Notes: generated from the sequence alone by a model not told the origin. A DNA stretch of 25,119 bases from Pirellulales bacterium (GCA_040901675.1 JBBDYJ010000031.1:1-25119), one strand, 5' to 3'. Shown: positions 1 to 8,909, counted from the first letter of the stretch. Numbers and translations: made by a program.

Positions 1-74
1 GATCGTCGTGCAAGCAGTTCCGCGACATGGCCCAGACCGGCGGGCCGGGTAGTGATGTTGTTTCAAAGCGGATT

Positions 75-392
75 TTAGGGGTTTGGCACGCGTCGTTGTT
101 GCCTGCGACGCTCGGCAAATGCTTGCCAAACCGTGACGAGCAAAGCAATTCCGGGCAGGATGATCGACATGATGATGAAGAGGGGCAGCCGGTTGTGCCC
201 GAGTATTACGTGGCGAGATTGCTCCACAATCAGCAGCCCTACAAATATCCCGATATTTACCACGAAGCACGCCGCGGCGATCATGATGCGGCCGGTGGCC
301 AGTTTTGCCGTCGATTCAGGCGCCGGCTGCTGCGCTGGCGCCCGGTACGGGTTCTCGCCCTGGCGGTCGTCGGGCTGGTCGGGCGTGGCCAT
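75..392 (-). CDS. Small hypothetical membrane protein (105 aa, two TM helices, N-terminal NPYxxP motif)
   Basis: ATG start; polar N-terminus with ENPYRAP; hydrophobic stretches IMIAAACFVVNIGIFVGLLIV and LPLFIIMSIILPGIALLVTVW; Arg-rich tail fits the positive-inside rule. Confidence 0.65.
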   Translation of the reverse strand: MATPDQPDDRQGENPYRAPAQQPAPESTAKLATGRIMIAAACFVVNIGIFVGLLIVEQSRHVILGHNRLPLFIIMSIILPGIALLVTVWQAFAERRRQQRRVPNP

Positions 393-433
393 GGGTTCAG
401 CTTAGCGGGCGGGACGGGAGCGGGAAAGAAGGT

Positions 434-463
434 CAGCCACCGGTGGACAGGTCCCGGTGGCTG
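434..463. repeat. Hairpin, possibly a degenerate REP-like element
   Basis: Perfect 10-bp inverted repeat CAGCCACCGG/CCGGTGGCTG with a 10-nt loop. Confidence 0.5.
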
Positions 464-530
464 CTGTGCCATGCCATTCCGCGATGCCACGCTGCCCGCA
501 CCACTTCCGGCCCCTGTCGGCCGGGCGGTA

Positions 531-619
531 GCGGTAAGGGGACGCAGCTCGAATGGCACTTGAACTTTCCTTAGGAAAGTTCACGGGGCGGTAAGGGGAC
601 ACAGCTCGGGACGCAGCTC
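531..619. repeat. 21-bp direct repeats enclosing a 23-bp palindrome
   Basis: GCGGTAAGGGGACRCAGCTCG at 531-551 and 588-608, partial third copy 608-619; TGAACTTTCCT-T-AGGAAAGTTCA at 561-583. Confidence 0.8.
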
Positions 620-752
620 ATTCGGAGCCTCGCCGGGGCGGCCGCGAGGGGGGAGAGGCCCCAAAAGGCGGGCGGTTCGACGCTGGCAGGCCGGCGATCC
701 GAAGCGGGCGCCGCAAGAGGCAAAGCCTCGTATCGCCCCTTCCCCTCCTCCT

Positions 753-782
753 CCTTTGCGCCTTTGGCGCCTTTGCGTGAGG
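753..782. repeat. Short 8-9 nt tandem repeat (CCTTTGCG-type)
   Basis: CCTTTGCG CCTTTGGCG CCTTTGCG TGAGG. Confidence 0.75.
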
Positions 783-807
783 TCTTTCCGCCGGAGGCGG
801 ATGCGTC

Positions 808-857
808 CCAAGATCCAAGCACCAAGATTCAAGTGCAAAGCCCAAAGAGCCAAGCAC
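808..857. repeat. Degenerate heptamer tandem repeat (CCAAGNN)
   Basis: CCAAGAT CCAAGCA CCAAGAT TCAAGTG CAAAGCC CAAAGAG CCAAGCA. Confidence 0.75.
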
Positions 858-869
858 GCCTCAGCTTCA

Positions 870-894
870 CCAGAACTTTGGCGAGTCCCGCTAC
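870..894 (-). repeat. GTAG-tagged REP-like hairpin, family A (degenerate stem)
   Basis: Minus strand GTAGCGGGACTCGCCAAAGTTCTGG; related copies at 3327, 16476, 16513 and 25108. Confidence 0.8.
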
Positions 895-917
895 CTTCAG
901 CCTTCAGCCTTCAGCCT
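894..917. repeat. Heptamer tandem repeat (CCTTCAG)x3
   Basis: CCTTCAG CCTTCAG CCTTCAG CCT just downstream of the thrS stop. Confidence 0.8.
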
Positions 918-920
918 GTT

Positions 921-2924
<2,004 letters not shown>

Positions 2925-2928
2925 GATG

Positions 2929-2991
2929 AGTGGTCAGTGGTCGGTGGTCAGTGGTCGGTGGTCAGTGGTCAGTGGTCAGTGGTCGGTTGTC
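2929..2991. repeat. Heptamer tandem repeat (RGTGGTC)x9
   Basis: Nine units AGTGGTC/GGTGGTC (last GGTTGTC), separated by 4 nt from the thrS ATG. Confidence 0.95.
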
Positions 2992-3000
2992 AGAACCGTT

Positions 3001-3238
3001 GGGTGGCTGGTGGCAAAGCGGTAGCGTGCCCCAGGTCCTCGTCCATATCTCCCCGCGTTCGCCTTGTCCCCTTGTCTCCTTGTCCCCTTGTCGTTCTTCC
3101 CCGGGTGGCTGGTGGCAAAGCGGTAGCGTGCCCCAGTCCTCGTCCATATCTCCATCTCCCCGCGTTCGCCTTGTCCCCTTGTCTCCTTGTCGTTCTTCCC
3201 CGGGTGGCTGGGGCAAAGCTTTAAGCGTGCCCCAGGTC
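3001..3238. repeat. About 100-bp tandem repeat (two full units plus a partial third) built on a GGGTGG-headed palindrome and an internal CCTTGTC-type octamer repeat
   Basis: Units start at 3001, 3103 and 3202 with GGGTGGCTGG(T)GGCAAAGC...AGCGTGCCCCAG; intervening segments almost identical. Confidence 0.9.
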
Positions 3239-3262
3239 CATTTGCACAGATCCAGCACGCAA

Positions 3263-3290
3263 AGTATAGGTTCGGCCCCTTTTCCAGCAA
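3263..3290 (-). promoter_or_regulatory. Putative sigma70 promoter for thrS
   Basis: Minus strand TTGCTG-N16-TATACT. Confidence 0.45.
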
Positions 3291-3326
3291 GGCCGCCAGT
3301 TCGTGGCGATCCGCATTCAGCGGTCC

Positions 3327-3351
3327 GTAGCTGGACTCGCCAGAGTTCAGG
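3327..3351 (+). repeat. GTAG-tagged REP-like hairpin, family A
   Basis: GTAG-CTGGACTC-GCCA-GAGTTCAG. Confidence 0.8.
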
Positions 3352-3411
3352 CGAAGCTGTGCTTAGGTCTTTGTGTGCTTTGGGCTCGGCTTTGGGCTCC
3401 GGTGTCCTCCG

Positions 3412-3444
3412 CAAGTGCCAAGCACCAAGTGCCAAGGACTAAGG
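3412..3444. repeat. Degenerate heptamer tandem repeat (CAAGNNC)
   Basis: CAAGTGC CAAGCAC CAAGTGC CAAGGAC TAAGG; same type as 808-857. Confidence 0.75.
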
Positions 3445-3524
3445 TCTTCCTTGCCCTTGACTGGCGGCGGTTTACGCGTCAGATTCATCAGGGGTAGTCT
3501 TGGCCGTCCGAGCGGCGGCCCTGC

Positions 3525-3598
3525 GGGCGATTAGCTCAGTTGGCTAGAGCACCAGCTCGACAAGCTGGGGGTCACAGGTTCGAGCCCTGTATCGCCCA
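3525..3598 (+). tRNA. tRNA-Val(GAC), CCA not encoded
   Basis: Acceptor stem GGGCGAT/ATCGCCC, D-arm GCTCAGTTGGCTAGAGC, anticodon arm CCAGC-TCGACAA-GCTGG (GAC at 3559-3561), T-arm ACAGG-TTCGAGC-CCTGT, discriminator A. Confidence 0.96.
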
Positions 3599-3672
3599 CT
3601 TTCTTCATCGGCTGCTTAGGGCAGGCGGCTTTGTCATCCGGCCGAGCACGTCGCGTACCGGGAGGAGGCAGA

Positions 3673-3873
3673 ATGACGCCCGAAGACGCCGCCCAGCGAC
3701 AGATTGAACTTTATCGCGGGATGACCGGCGAACAGCGCCTCAAGATCGCCCTCGACTTGCACGAGTTCGTCTGCAACGTGTCGCGTGCTGGCATTCGACG
3801 GCAATTCCCAGATGCCGACGCCGACGAGGTGGAGCGCCACTTGAGGCGACGAATTGAACTGAGCCTCCAGTGA
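3673..3873 (+). CDS. Putative antitoxin, MenA1/Rv0078B-like (66 aa)
   Basis: GGAGGAGG RBS at 3661-3668 before ATG 3673; segment QRLKIALDLHE...RRQFPDADADEVE fits the recalled Rv0078B pattern; GTGA overlap with the next ORF. Confidence 0.7.
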   Translation: MTPEDAAQRQIELYRGMTGEQRLKIALDLHEFVCNVSRAGIRRQFPDADADEVERHLRRRIELSLQ

Positions 3874-4043
3874 CAACCGAGTCGGCAGTGAGAACCGAGA
3901 GCGAGTTCCTGGTTGATGTATTGGGCCGGCTCAATCGGACCGGCGTGGAATACATGCTGACTGTACCGCCTCTTGATCGCTGGCTCGCCCAGATCCCCAG
4001 GCGGGTGGCTGGGCTCTTCGAAGACGCCGATCCGGCATTCTGA
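3870..4043 (+). pseudogene. Internally deleted nucleotidyltransferase (MenT-like toxin) remnant, 57 aa
   Basis: GTG start overlapping the upstream TGA; VTTESAVRTESEFLVDVLGRLNRTGVEYMLT resembles the N-terminus of MenT1-type NTases, but the GS/GG and DxD motifs are absent; tail LDRWLAQI; TGATG overlap with the next gene. Confidence 0.55.
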
Positions 4044-4453
4044 TGCGAGAACTGGTTCCCAACCTGGTCTGGATCGGCAACGCCCATGATCTGCGAGACG
4101 TCAAGAGCGTGCTCGGGCGCGGGATCGCGGCCGTCATCGACCTGGCTGCCGAGGAGCCTCCGGTTCAATACCCGAGGGACACGGTGTATTGCCGGTTTCC
4201 ACTCGTCGATAGCGCGGGCAACGCGCCTTGGGTCCTGAGGCTGGCAATTGAAACGACCAGCCGGCTTATTCAATCGCGCGTGCCGGCGCTGGTGGCTTGC
4301 GGCGGCGGGATGAGCAGATCACCGGCCATCGTCGCCGCGGCATTGGTGCGAGTCGAGGGCATCTCAATCGAAGAGGCCTTGGCACGGATTGCCGCCGTCG
4401 GGCCTCACGATCCCTCGCCCGGCCTGCTCGCCGATATCCGCGGCCTTTCGTAG
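4043..4453 (+). CDS. Dual-specificity protein phosphatase family protein (136 aa)
   Basis: ELVPNLVWIGN start, AVIDLA, FPLVD acid loop, CX5R(S) P-loop ACGGGMSRS. Confidence 0.88.
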   Translation: MRELVPNLVWIGNAHDLRDVKSVLGRGIAAVIDLAAEEPPVQYPRDTVYCRFPLVDSAGNAPWVLRLAIETTSRLIQSRVPALVACGGGMSRSPAIVAAALVRVEGISIEEALARIAAVGPHDPSPGLLADIRGLS

Positions 4454-4494
4454 TGCCCGCGGGCCTGCGGGGACCCCATAAATGGGGTCACTAC
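4450..4494. repeat. Inverted doublet of GTAG-tagged hairpins between convergent genes (right copy is family B)
   Basis: GTAGTG-CCCGCGGGCCTGCGGG on +, GTAGT-GACCCCAT-TT-ATGGGGTC on -; both GTAG tags contain gene stop codons. Confidence 0.8.
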
Positions 4495-5135
4495 GAACGG
4501 CCGCGCAAGTGGCGGGCGAGGAGATGGCAGGCGGCGATGCGGCGATGCACTTCAGCCAGCAGTTGCTCGTCGCTGAAGCCGCTCACTTCCTCCGGCGAGA
4601 TTGGCTGGCCGATCTGCACGGCTATCCGCCCGGGACGAGGGAAACGGCGCGTGCGGGGCCAGGCCTCGAAGGCGCCAGCAATGCCCAGCGGCACCAAAGG
4701 CACGCGACCTCGCCGGGCCAGGGCCGTAAAGCCGGGCTTGAACGGACGAATGCTGCCGTCGGCAGTGCGGGTTCCCTCGGGAAAGATGAGCACCATCTCT
4801 CCCCGCTTGAGGCGGCGGAGGGTCTCTTTGAGCCCGCCGATGCCCAACCCCTCGCGGTTCAAGGGAATAGCGTCCAACGAGTTGATCAGCCAACGAAACG
4901 GTGCAAATTCGAACAGCGTCTCGCGCGCCAGGTAGTTCAACTGGCGATCCGAGGCCATCCCGACCAGGATGGAGTCCAGGTGGCTTTGATGGTTCGACAG
5001 AATCAAAGCGCCCCCTTGCTCCGGCAGCCAATGCTTGCCGCGATAGCGGACCCGAAACAGCACCGCCCCCGCGAGCCGTAACAGATCGCGAAGCACGAAA
5101 TACCAGGCGCGCTTGGCAAATGAACGCTCAGCCAT
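4491..5135 (-). CDS. plsC: 1-acyl-sn-glycerol-3-phosphate acyltransferase (214 aa)
   Basis: NHQSHLD (HX4D), LIFPEGTR and FKPG motifs; lies downstream of cmk. Confidence 0.92.
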   Translation of the reverse strand: MAERSFAKRAWYFVLRDLLRLAGAVLFRVRYRGKHWLPEQGGALILSNHQSHLDSILVGMASDRQLNYLARETLFEFAPFRWLINSLDAIPLNREGLGIGGLKETLRRLKRGEMVLIFPEGTRTADGSIRPFKPGFTALARRGRVPLVPLGIAGAFEAWPRTRRFPRPGRIAVQIGQPISPEEVSGFSDEQLLAEVHRRIAACHLLARHLRGRS

Positions 5136-5187
5136 CAGTGCTCTGTCAATCGCGCTCCGTCAGTCATGCATGGATGGGTCAAGACAG

Positions 5188-5203
5188 TCCCGGCGCGCCG
5201 GGA
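5188..5203. other. 16-bp perfect palindrome in the cmk-plsC gap
   Basis: TCCCGGCGCGCCGGGA, extendable with a G-T pair to 5185-5206. Confidence 0.5.
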
Positions 5204-5213
5204 TTGCCTTTCT

Positions 5214-5238
5214 GAACGGCCTGGGAAGACCGTCCTAC
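5214..5238 (-). repeat. GTAG-tagged REP-like hairpin, family C
   Basis: Minus strand GTAG-GACGGTCT-TCCC-AGGCCGTT, 13 nt after the cmk stop. Confidence 0.65.
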
Positions 5239-5251
5239 GTTACCGCACACT

Positions 5252-5920
5252 TCAGCCGGACATCTTCGAGCGGACGAGCGCCTCCAGCAGGTCGACCACT
5301 TCTTCCGGCGGCACGCCGTCGGTCAGCACGATCACGGCGTCGGGCGCCGGACGCAGCGGGCCTACCGCGCGGGTCTCGTCCCGCAAGTCCCGCTCGTTCT
5401 GGTTGGCCAGCACTTCCTCGTAGCTCAGGTTCTCGCCGCGTGCTTCCAGGTCCGAGAGCCGCCGCCGCGCCCGCTCGTCCGCGCTGGCCGAGAGAAAAAT
5501 CTTGCACTCCGCCTTGGGAAATACCACGGTCCCCTGGTCGCGGCCTTCGGTCACCACGTTGTCGCGGCCGGCCGCCTCGCGTTGCAGCTCCACCAGGTGT
5601 TCCCGCACGGCCGGATTGTTGGCGGCGTAGTGCGTGACCGCGGTGATGGCGAACGTGCGGATCTCGCGGGTCACGTCCTCGCCGTCGAGCAGCACCAGGT
5701 CGCGCCCCTCGCTGTCCTGGCCGACCTCGATCTTCAATTGCCGCGCCAAGCGGGCCAGGGCCGCCGGATCGTCCCAGCCGAGGCCGCGGCGGATAGCGGC
5801 CAGCACGACGGCCCGGTACATGGCGCCCGTGTCGAGAAAGCGGAAGCCGAGCCGCCGGGCCAGCGCGCGTGCGGCGCTGCTCTTGCCGGCTCCAGCGGGT
5901 CCGTCGATTGCCACAATCAT
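5252..5920 (-). CDS. cmk: Cytidylate kinase (222 aa; start moved to ATG 5920)
   Basis: MIVAIDGPAGAGKSS P-loop, LDTGAMYR, EGRDQGTVVFP, KIFLSAS...RARRR. Confidence 0.96.
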   Translation of the reverse strand: MIVAIDGPAGAGKSSAARALARRLGFRFLDTGAMYRAVVLAAIRRGLGWDDPAALARLARQLKIEVGQDSEGRDLVLLDGEDVTREIRTFAITAVTHYAANNPAVREHLVELQREAAGRDNVVTEGRDQGTVVFPKAECKIFLSASADERARRRLSDLEARGENLSYEEVLANQNERDLRDETRAVGPLRPAPDAVIVLTDGVPPEEVVDLLEALVRSKMSG

Positions 5921-5927
5921 GGCTCGA

Positions 5928-8765
5928 TCAGGTGCGCCAACGTGCCTCGACCTCAACCCATTCGCAGGCCGCCATGTCGATCGTCGCTTGTTCGCCTTCG
6001 ACGGGCAAGTCCACCAGCGGCTGGCCATTAAAATCGAGCTGGCGGGCCGAGTCCAAGGCCCGCAGGGCCCGCAGATGCACCGGCCCGCCGCGGCCTTCGC
6101 ACTCCAGCAGGCGGACTCGGAAGCCGGCCACGCGCTGGCCGTCGCGGATCGCTTCCCAATGCGTCGCCACGACGTTCTTGGCATCCACCTGGAACAGCCA
6201 GGCGGCCGAAGCGCCGCTGGCCGGCCGCGGGACGGCGGGCACCACCGTGGGCGGGTCCAAAAGGCTGATGGCATGCTGCATCGGGTGGGCCAGATCGATG
6301 CCGACCGCCATCTTGAACCGCCGTGTCGTTTCTCCATTCACGACGAGCAGGCTGTCCAACATGCGTGCTCCCACCCGGCGATGATAAGGCAGACCGCCGG
6401 TGAGAATCGCCGTGCGCGGCTTGCCGGCCCGGATTTCGACGAAGTGCGGCGCCTCCAGCCGCCGGGCGTCGGTCAACTGGCCGGTCTGGCTGACGCTCCG
6501 CCACAGCTCGGCGTCTTCGTCGCCCCAGGCGAAGCGCGAGGCATAGTACGAGGTCCACGGATCGGCGGCCGGCTGGCAGTCGACGTCCAGCTCGATGTCG
6601 ACCAGGGCCACGCGAGAACCGCTCCATAGCCGCACCGTTTGGATGTAACCGGCCAGCCGTTTGCCCTGCCGGTCCAACAGCCGGCCACGGCTGACGATTT
6701 CGCCCAGGGCGGCCCCCGAGGCGGTGACCTCGATCGAGTCGGCGGCCATCACCGAGTAAATCGCCTCTTCGTCAGGGTCGCGATACAGATCGCCCGGCTT
6801 GGGGCGTGGTCCCGGCAGCCGCAGGGCAAGCTGCTGCGAGAGCCGGTTGCCTCGCTGCGCCGGATCGCGCAGCGAGCGAATGCCGCCGGTGGCCGCGTGC
6901 ACCACCACTTCCAGGAACTCGTTGGCAAGCGTGTTGGGCGGTTTGGAGCGGAGCTTGACCGGCTTGGCCCGCTCGGCGGCGGGGCCGACCCACACAAACC
7001 CCATGGCCGGTACTTCGACGACCGCTCGTTTGATGTCTCCCGACTCCTCGGCCGCCACGACCGGTCCCTCGATGGCCGGCAACAGCGGCAGGTCCGAGAC
7101 GTCGACGCCCACGCGGCGTGGAAAACTTTGCGGATTGGCGACCAGGTAACCGATGTCGCCCCGCTTGGGGCTCAAGGCGGCGGCAAACGCGGCGGCGGTC
7201 GCCAGGAGTTGCGATTCGATCCGCCCGGAGAGGTCCTCATCCGGATCCGGTGTGTCCGCCGGCGTGTCGTCAGACTGGCGCGCTACGACCTGCGCGGTCA
7301 GATCGGCCCGGCCGGCGGGCAGCTTGCCGCCGATCAACTCCACCAGCGTGGCCAGCGTTTGTTCCGCTTCGGCACGCACCCGAAGGCCGTGGTGCCGCGG
7401 ATGCCGCGAAATGGGGTCGGCTCGTTGGCCGCCGGCATCCTGCTTGAGGAATGCCGTCCGGTACTGGTCGGCCTTGAATCGCGTCAGCTCTCCGGGGCGG
7501 CTGGTGCCGCTGAAGTATTCGGTGAGCGTCACAAATTTGCCCAAGGCCGGTGCATAGCGGGCCATCCGCCGCAGGTCGTGGTAATAAACACTCGATTGCC
7601 CCGGCCAATGGGCGAACACGACAGTGGCCACGTGGTCCAGATCCATCGACTCCCCCATTTTTCGAGGCAGCCGCAGGATGCTTTCCGGGGCATCGGCGTC
7701 CAGCGGCAGCCGGCCGAGGGCATCGATGGCCGAGCTGTCGAGCCCTTCCCAGCGGGTTTTGCTCTGGCCGCTTTTGGGGAAGTGCCCGTCGTCCAGGGCC
7801 AGGTGCAAGGCGCCTTGAAAGCCCAGCCGCGAAAGGACCTGCGGCAAGAAGGGGGTCAGCCCGAAACGTCGCCGGCCAAAAACCAGCGGCGCCACGCCCA
7901 ACAGGTTCCGATACGTCTCGGCGCCGCGCCGCAGCTCACCCAGCACCGACTCCACCGGCACCAGCGGCAGGTCGATCTCCTCCCGTTCACCGCCCACGAG
8001 GGCCACGTGCCCCTGCTGGAGTGCCTGCCGCAACGCGGCCAGCGATTCGGGCTCGCGCTGGGCCATCAGCTCCAACGTGCCGGCCGAAATCAGCAGGTTC
8101 TTGGGGGTCGTGTCGGCGAGCTCACGCCGCAGGCCGCCGCCCAGCGTGGTCGGGGCCGTCAGCGTCAGGTCGACCAGGTAGGCCTCGACCGGGTAGAACC
8201 GCTCGCGGGCCTCGGTCAGCACGTCGAAACACCGCTGCAGGCGGTCGCGGGCGGTGGCCGCGTCGCCCTCGACGGCGGCCCGGGCCGCGGCCACGGTTTC
8301 ATTGCGCAAGTGGATCTCGTCCACGTTGCTCATGTAGCGCATTTGCCGGGTCAGCAGCTCGACCAGCAGAAAACAGAGTCCCAGGGCCAGAAAGTCGGCG
8401 GCCAGCTCCGCATCGACCGGCGCCGCGCCCGCCTCCGGTTCGGCCAGCGCGGCCGAGAGAATCTGCTCGCGCGTCTCGAACTTGCGGACAACGGTCGCCC
8501 CTTCGGCCTCGGACCGGCTGACCCAGCCGGCCAACAGCAGCGTCTCGCTGGCCGGTGGAACCACCACCAGCCGGTTCGCCAGGTCGCCGGGCGGGCCGTC
8601 GGCCCGGTGCCAAGTGGGCAGCTTGCCGGCCGCGGCGAGCAGTGCCGGATGCCACAAAGCCGACCAGGCCGCCAGCAGCGAATCGGCCTGGGCACCTTCC
8701 TGGTGCACCGGAAAGTCCTCGAGGCTGTGGCAGGGCAGGAGGACGATCAGCTCTTCGAACTTCAT
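5928..8765 (-). CDS. GH38 (alpha-mannosidase)-fold protein, probably catalytically degenerate (945 aa; start moved to ATG 8765)
   Basis: GH38-like segments FGLTPFLPQVL..LG, RWEGLDSS, VANPQSFPR, VEVPAMGF, LANEFLEVVV...TGGIRSLRD. Confidence 0.65.
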   Translation of the reverse strand: MKFEELIVLLPCHSLEDFPVHQEGAQADSLLAAWSALWHPALLAAAGKLPTWHRADGPPGDLANRLVVVPPASETLLLAGWVSRSEAEGATVVRKFETREQILSAALAEPEAGAAPVDAELAADFLALGLCFLLVELLTRQMRYMSNVDEIHLRNETVAAARAAVEGDAATARDRLQRCFDVLTEARERFYPVEAYLVDLTLTAPTTLGGGLRRELADTTPKNLLISAGTLELMAQREPESLAALRQALQQGHVALVGGEREEIDLPLVPVESVLGELRRGAETYRNLLGVAPLVFGRRRFGLTPFLPQVLSRLGFQGALHLALDDGHFPKSGQSKTRWEGLDSSAIDALGRLPLDADAPESILRLPRKMGESMDLDHVATVVFAHWPGQSSVYYHDLRRMARYAPALGKFVTLTEYFSGTSRPGELTRFKADQYRTAFLKQDAGGQRADPISRHPRHHGLRVRAEAEQTLATLVELIGGKLPAGRADLTAQVVARQSDDTPADTPDPDEDLSGRIESQLLATAAAFAAALSPKRGDIGYLVANPQSFPRRVGVDVSDLPLLPAIEGPVVAAEESGDIKRAVVEVPAMGFVWVGPAAERAKPVKLRSKPPNTLANEFLEVVVHAATGGIRSLRDPAQRGNRLSQQLALRLPGPRPKPGDLYRDPDEEAIYSVMAADSIEVTASGAALGEIVSRGRLLDRQGKRLAGYIQTVRLWSGSRVALVDIELDVDCQPAADPWTSYYASRFAWGDEDAELWRSVSQTGQLTDARRLEAPHFVEIRAGKPRTAILTGGLPYHRRVGARMLDSLLVVNGETTRRFKMAVGIDLAHPMQHAISLLDPPTVVPAVPRPASGASAAWLFQVDAKNVVATHWEAIRDGQRVAGFRVRLLECEGRGGPVHLRALRALDSARQLDFNGQPLVDLPVEGEQATIDMAACEWVEVEARWRT

Positions 8766-8873
8766 GACGAGTCCACGATAGCCGGTCGGGCCGGCCAAGT
8801 CGAGGCGGCCGGGGATTGACGGCGGGCGTATAGCGGTCAAAATGGCCCGGTGATAGGCAAGGCTGCGGTGGGG

Positions 8874-8882
8874 TGGTATAAT
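8874..8882 (+). promoter_or_regulatory. Extended -10 promoter element upstream of pilM
   Basis: TGGTATAAT (TGn-TATAAT consensus) in the divergent gap. Confidence 0.45.
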
Positions 8883-8909
8883 AAACGGCTGGTCCTGGGA
8901 ATTTTTTGT

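Noticed and set aside
1..74. 3' end of an upstream gene
   Set aside because: Too short to assign a frame or product.
531..608. Mini-CRISPR (21-bp repeats with a 36-bp spacer)
   Set aside because: Only two short repeats, the spacer is itself a palindrome, and there is no leader or cas gene; kept as an unexplained repeat.
3001..3238. CRISPR array (three ~37-bp palindromic repeats, regularly spaced)
   Set aside because: The spacers are near-identical and about 65 bp long, the repeats vary internally, and no cas genes are present; this is a tandem duplication.
2925..3290. T-box riboswitch or Thr leader-peptide attenuator for thrS
   Set aside because: No T-box consensus or terminator, and the ORFs here (2962-3435, 2976-3290) are repeat translations without a Thr run.
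3599..4494. Integrative element at tRNA-Val
   Set aside because: No integrase and no duplicated tRNA 3' end found by eye; at most a decayed islet.
5921..6337. 139-aa N-terminal extension of cmk
   Set aside because: Overlaps the upstream gene in another frame; the Cmk fold starts at MIVAIDG (5920).
6639..8819. 726-aa plus-strand ORF and similar long ORFs (9260-11059, 11087-12538, 13034-14662, 15160-16395, 22807-24963)
   Set aside because: Each is antisense to a well-supported gene and has no recognisable motifs.
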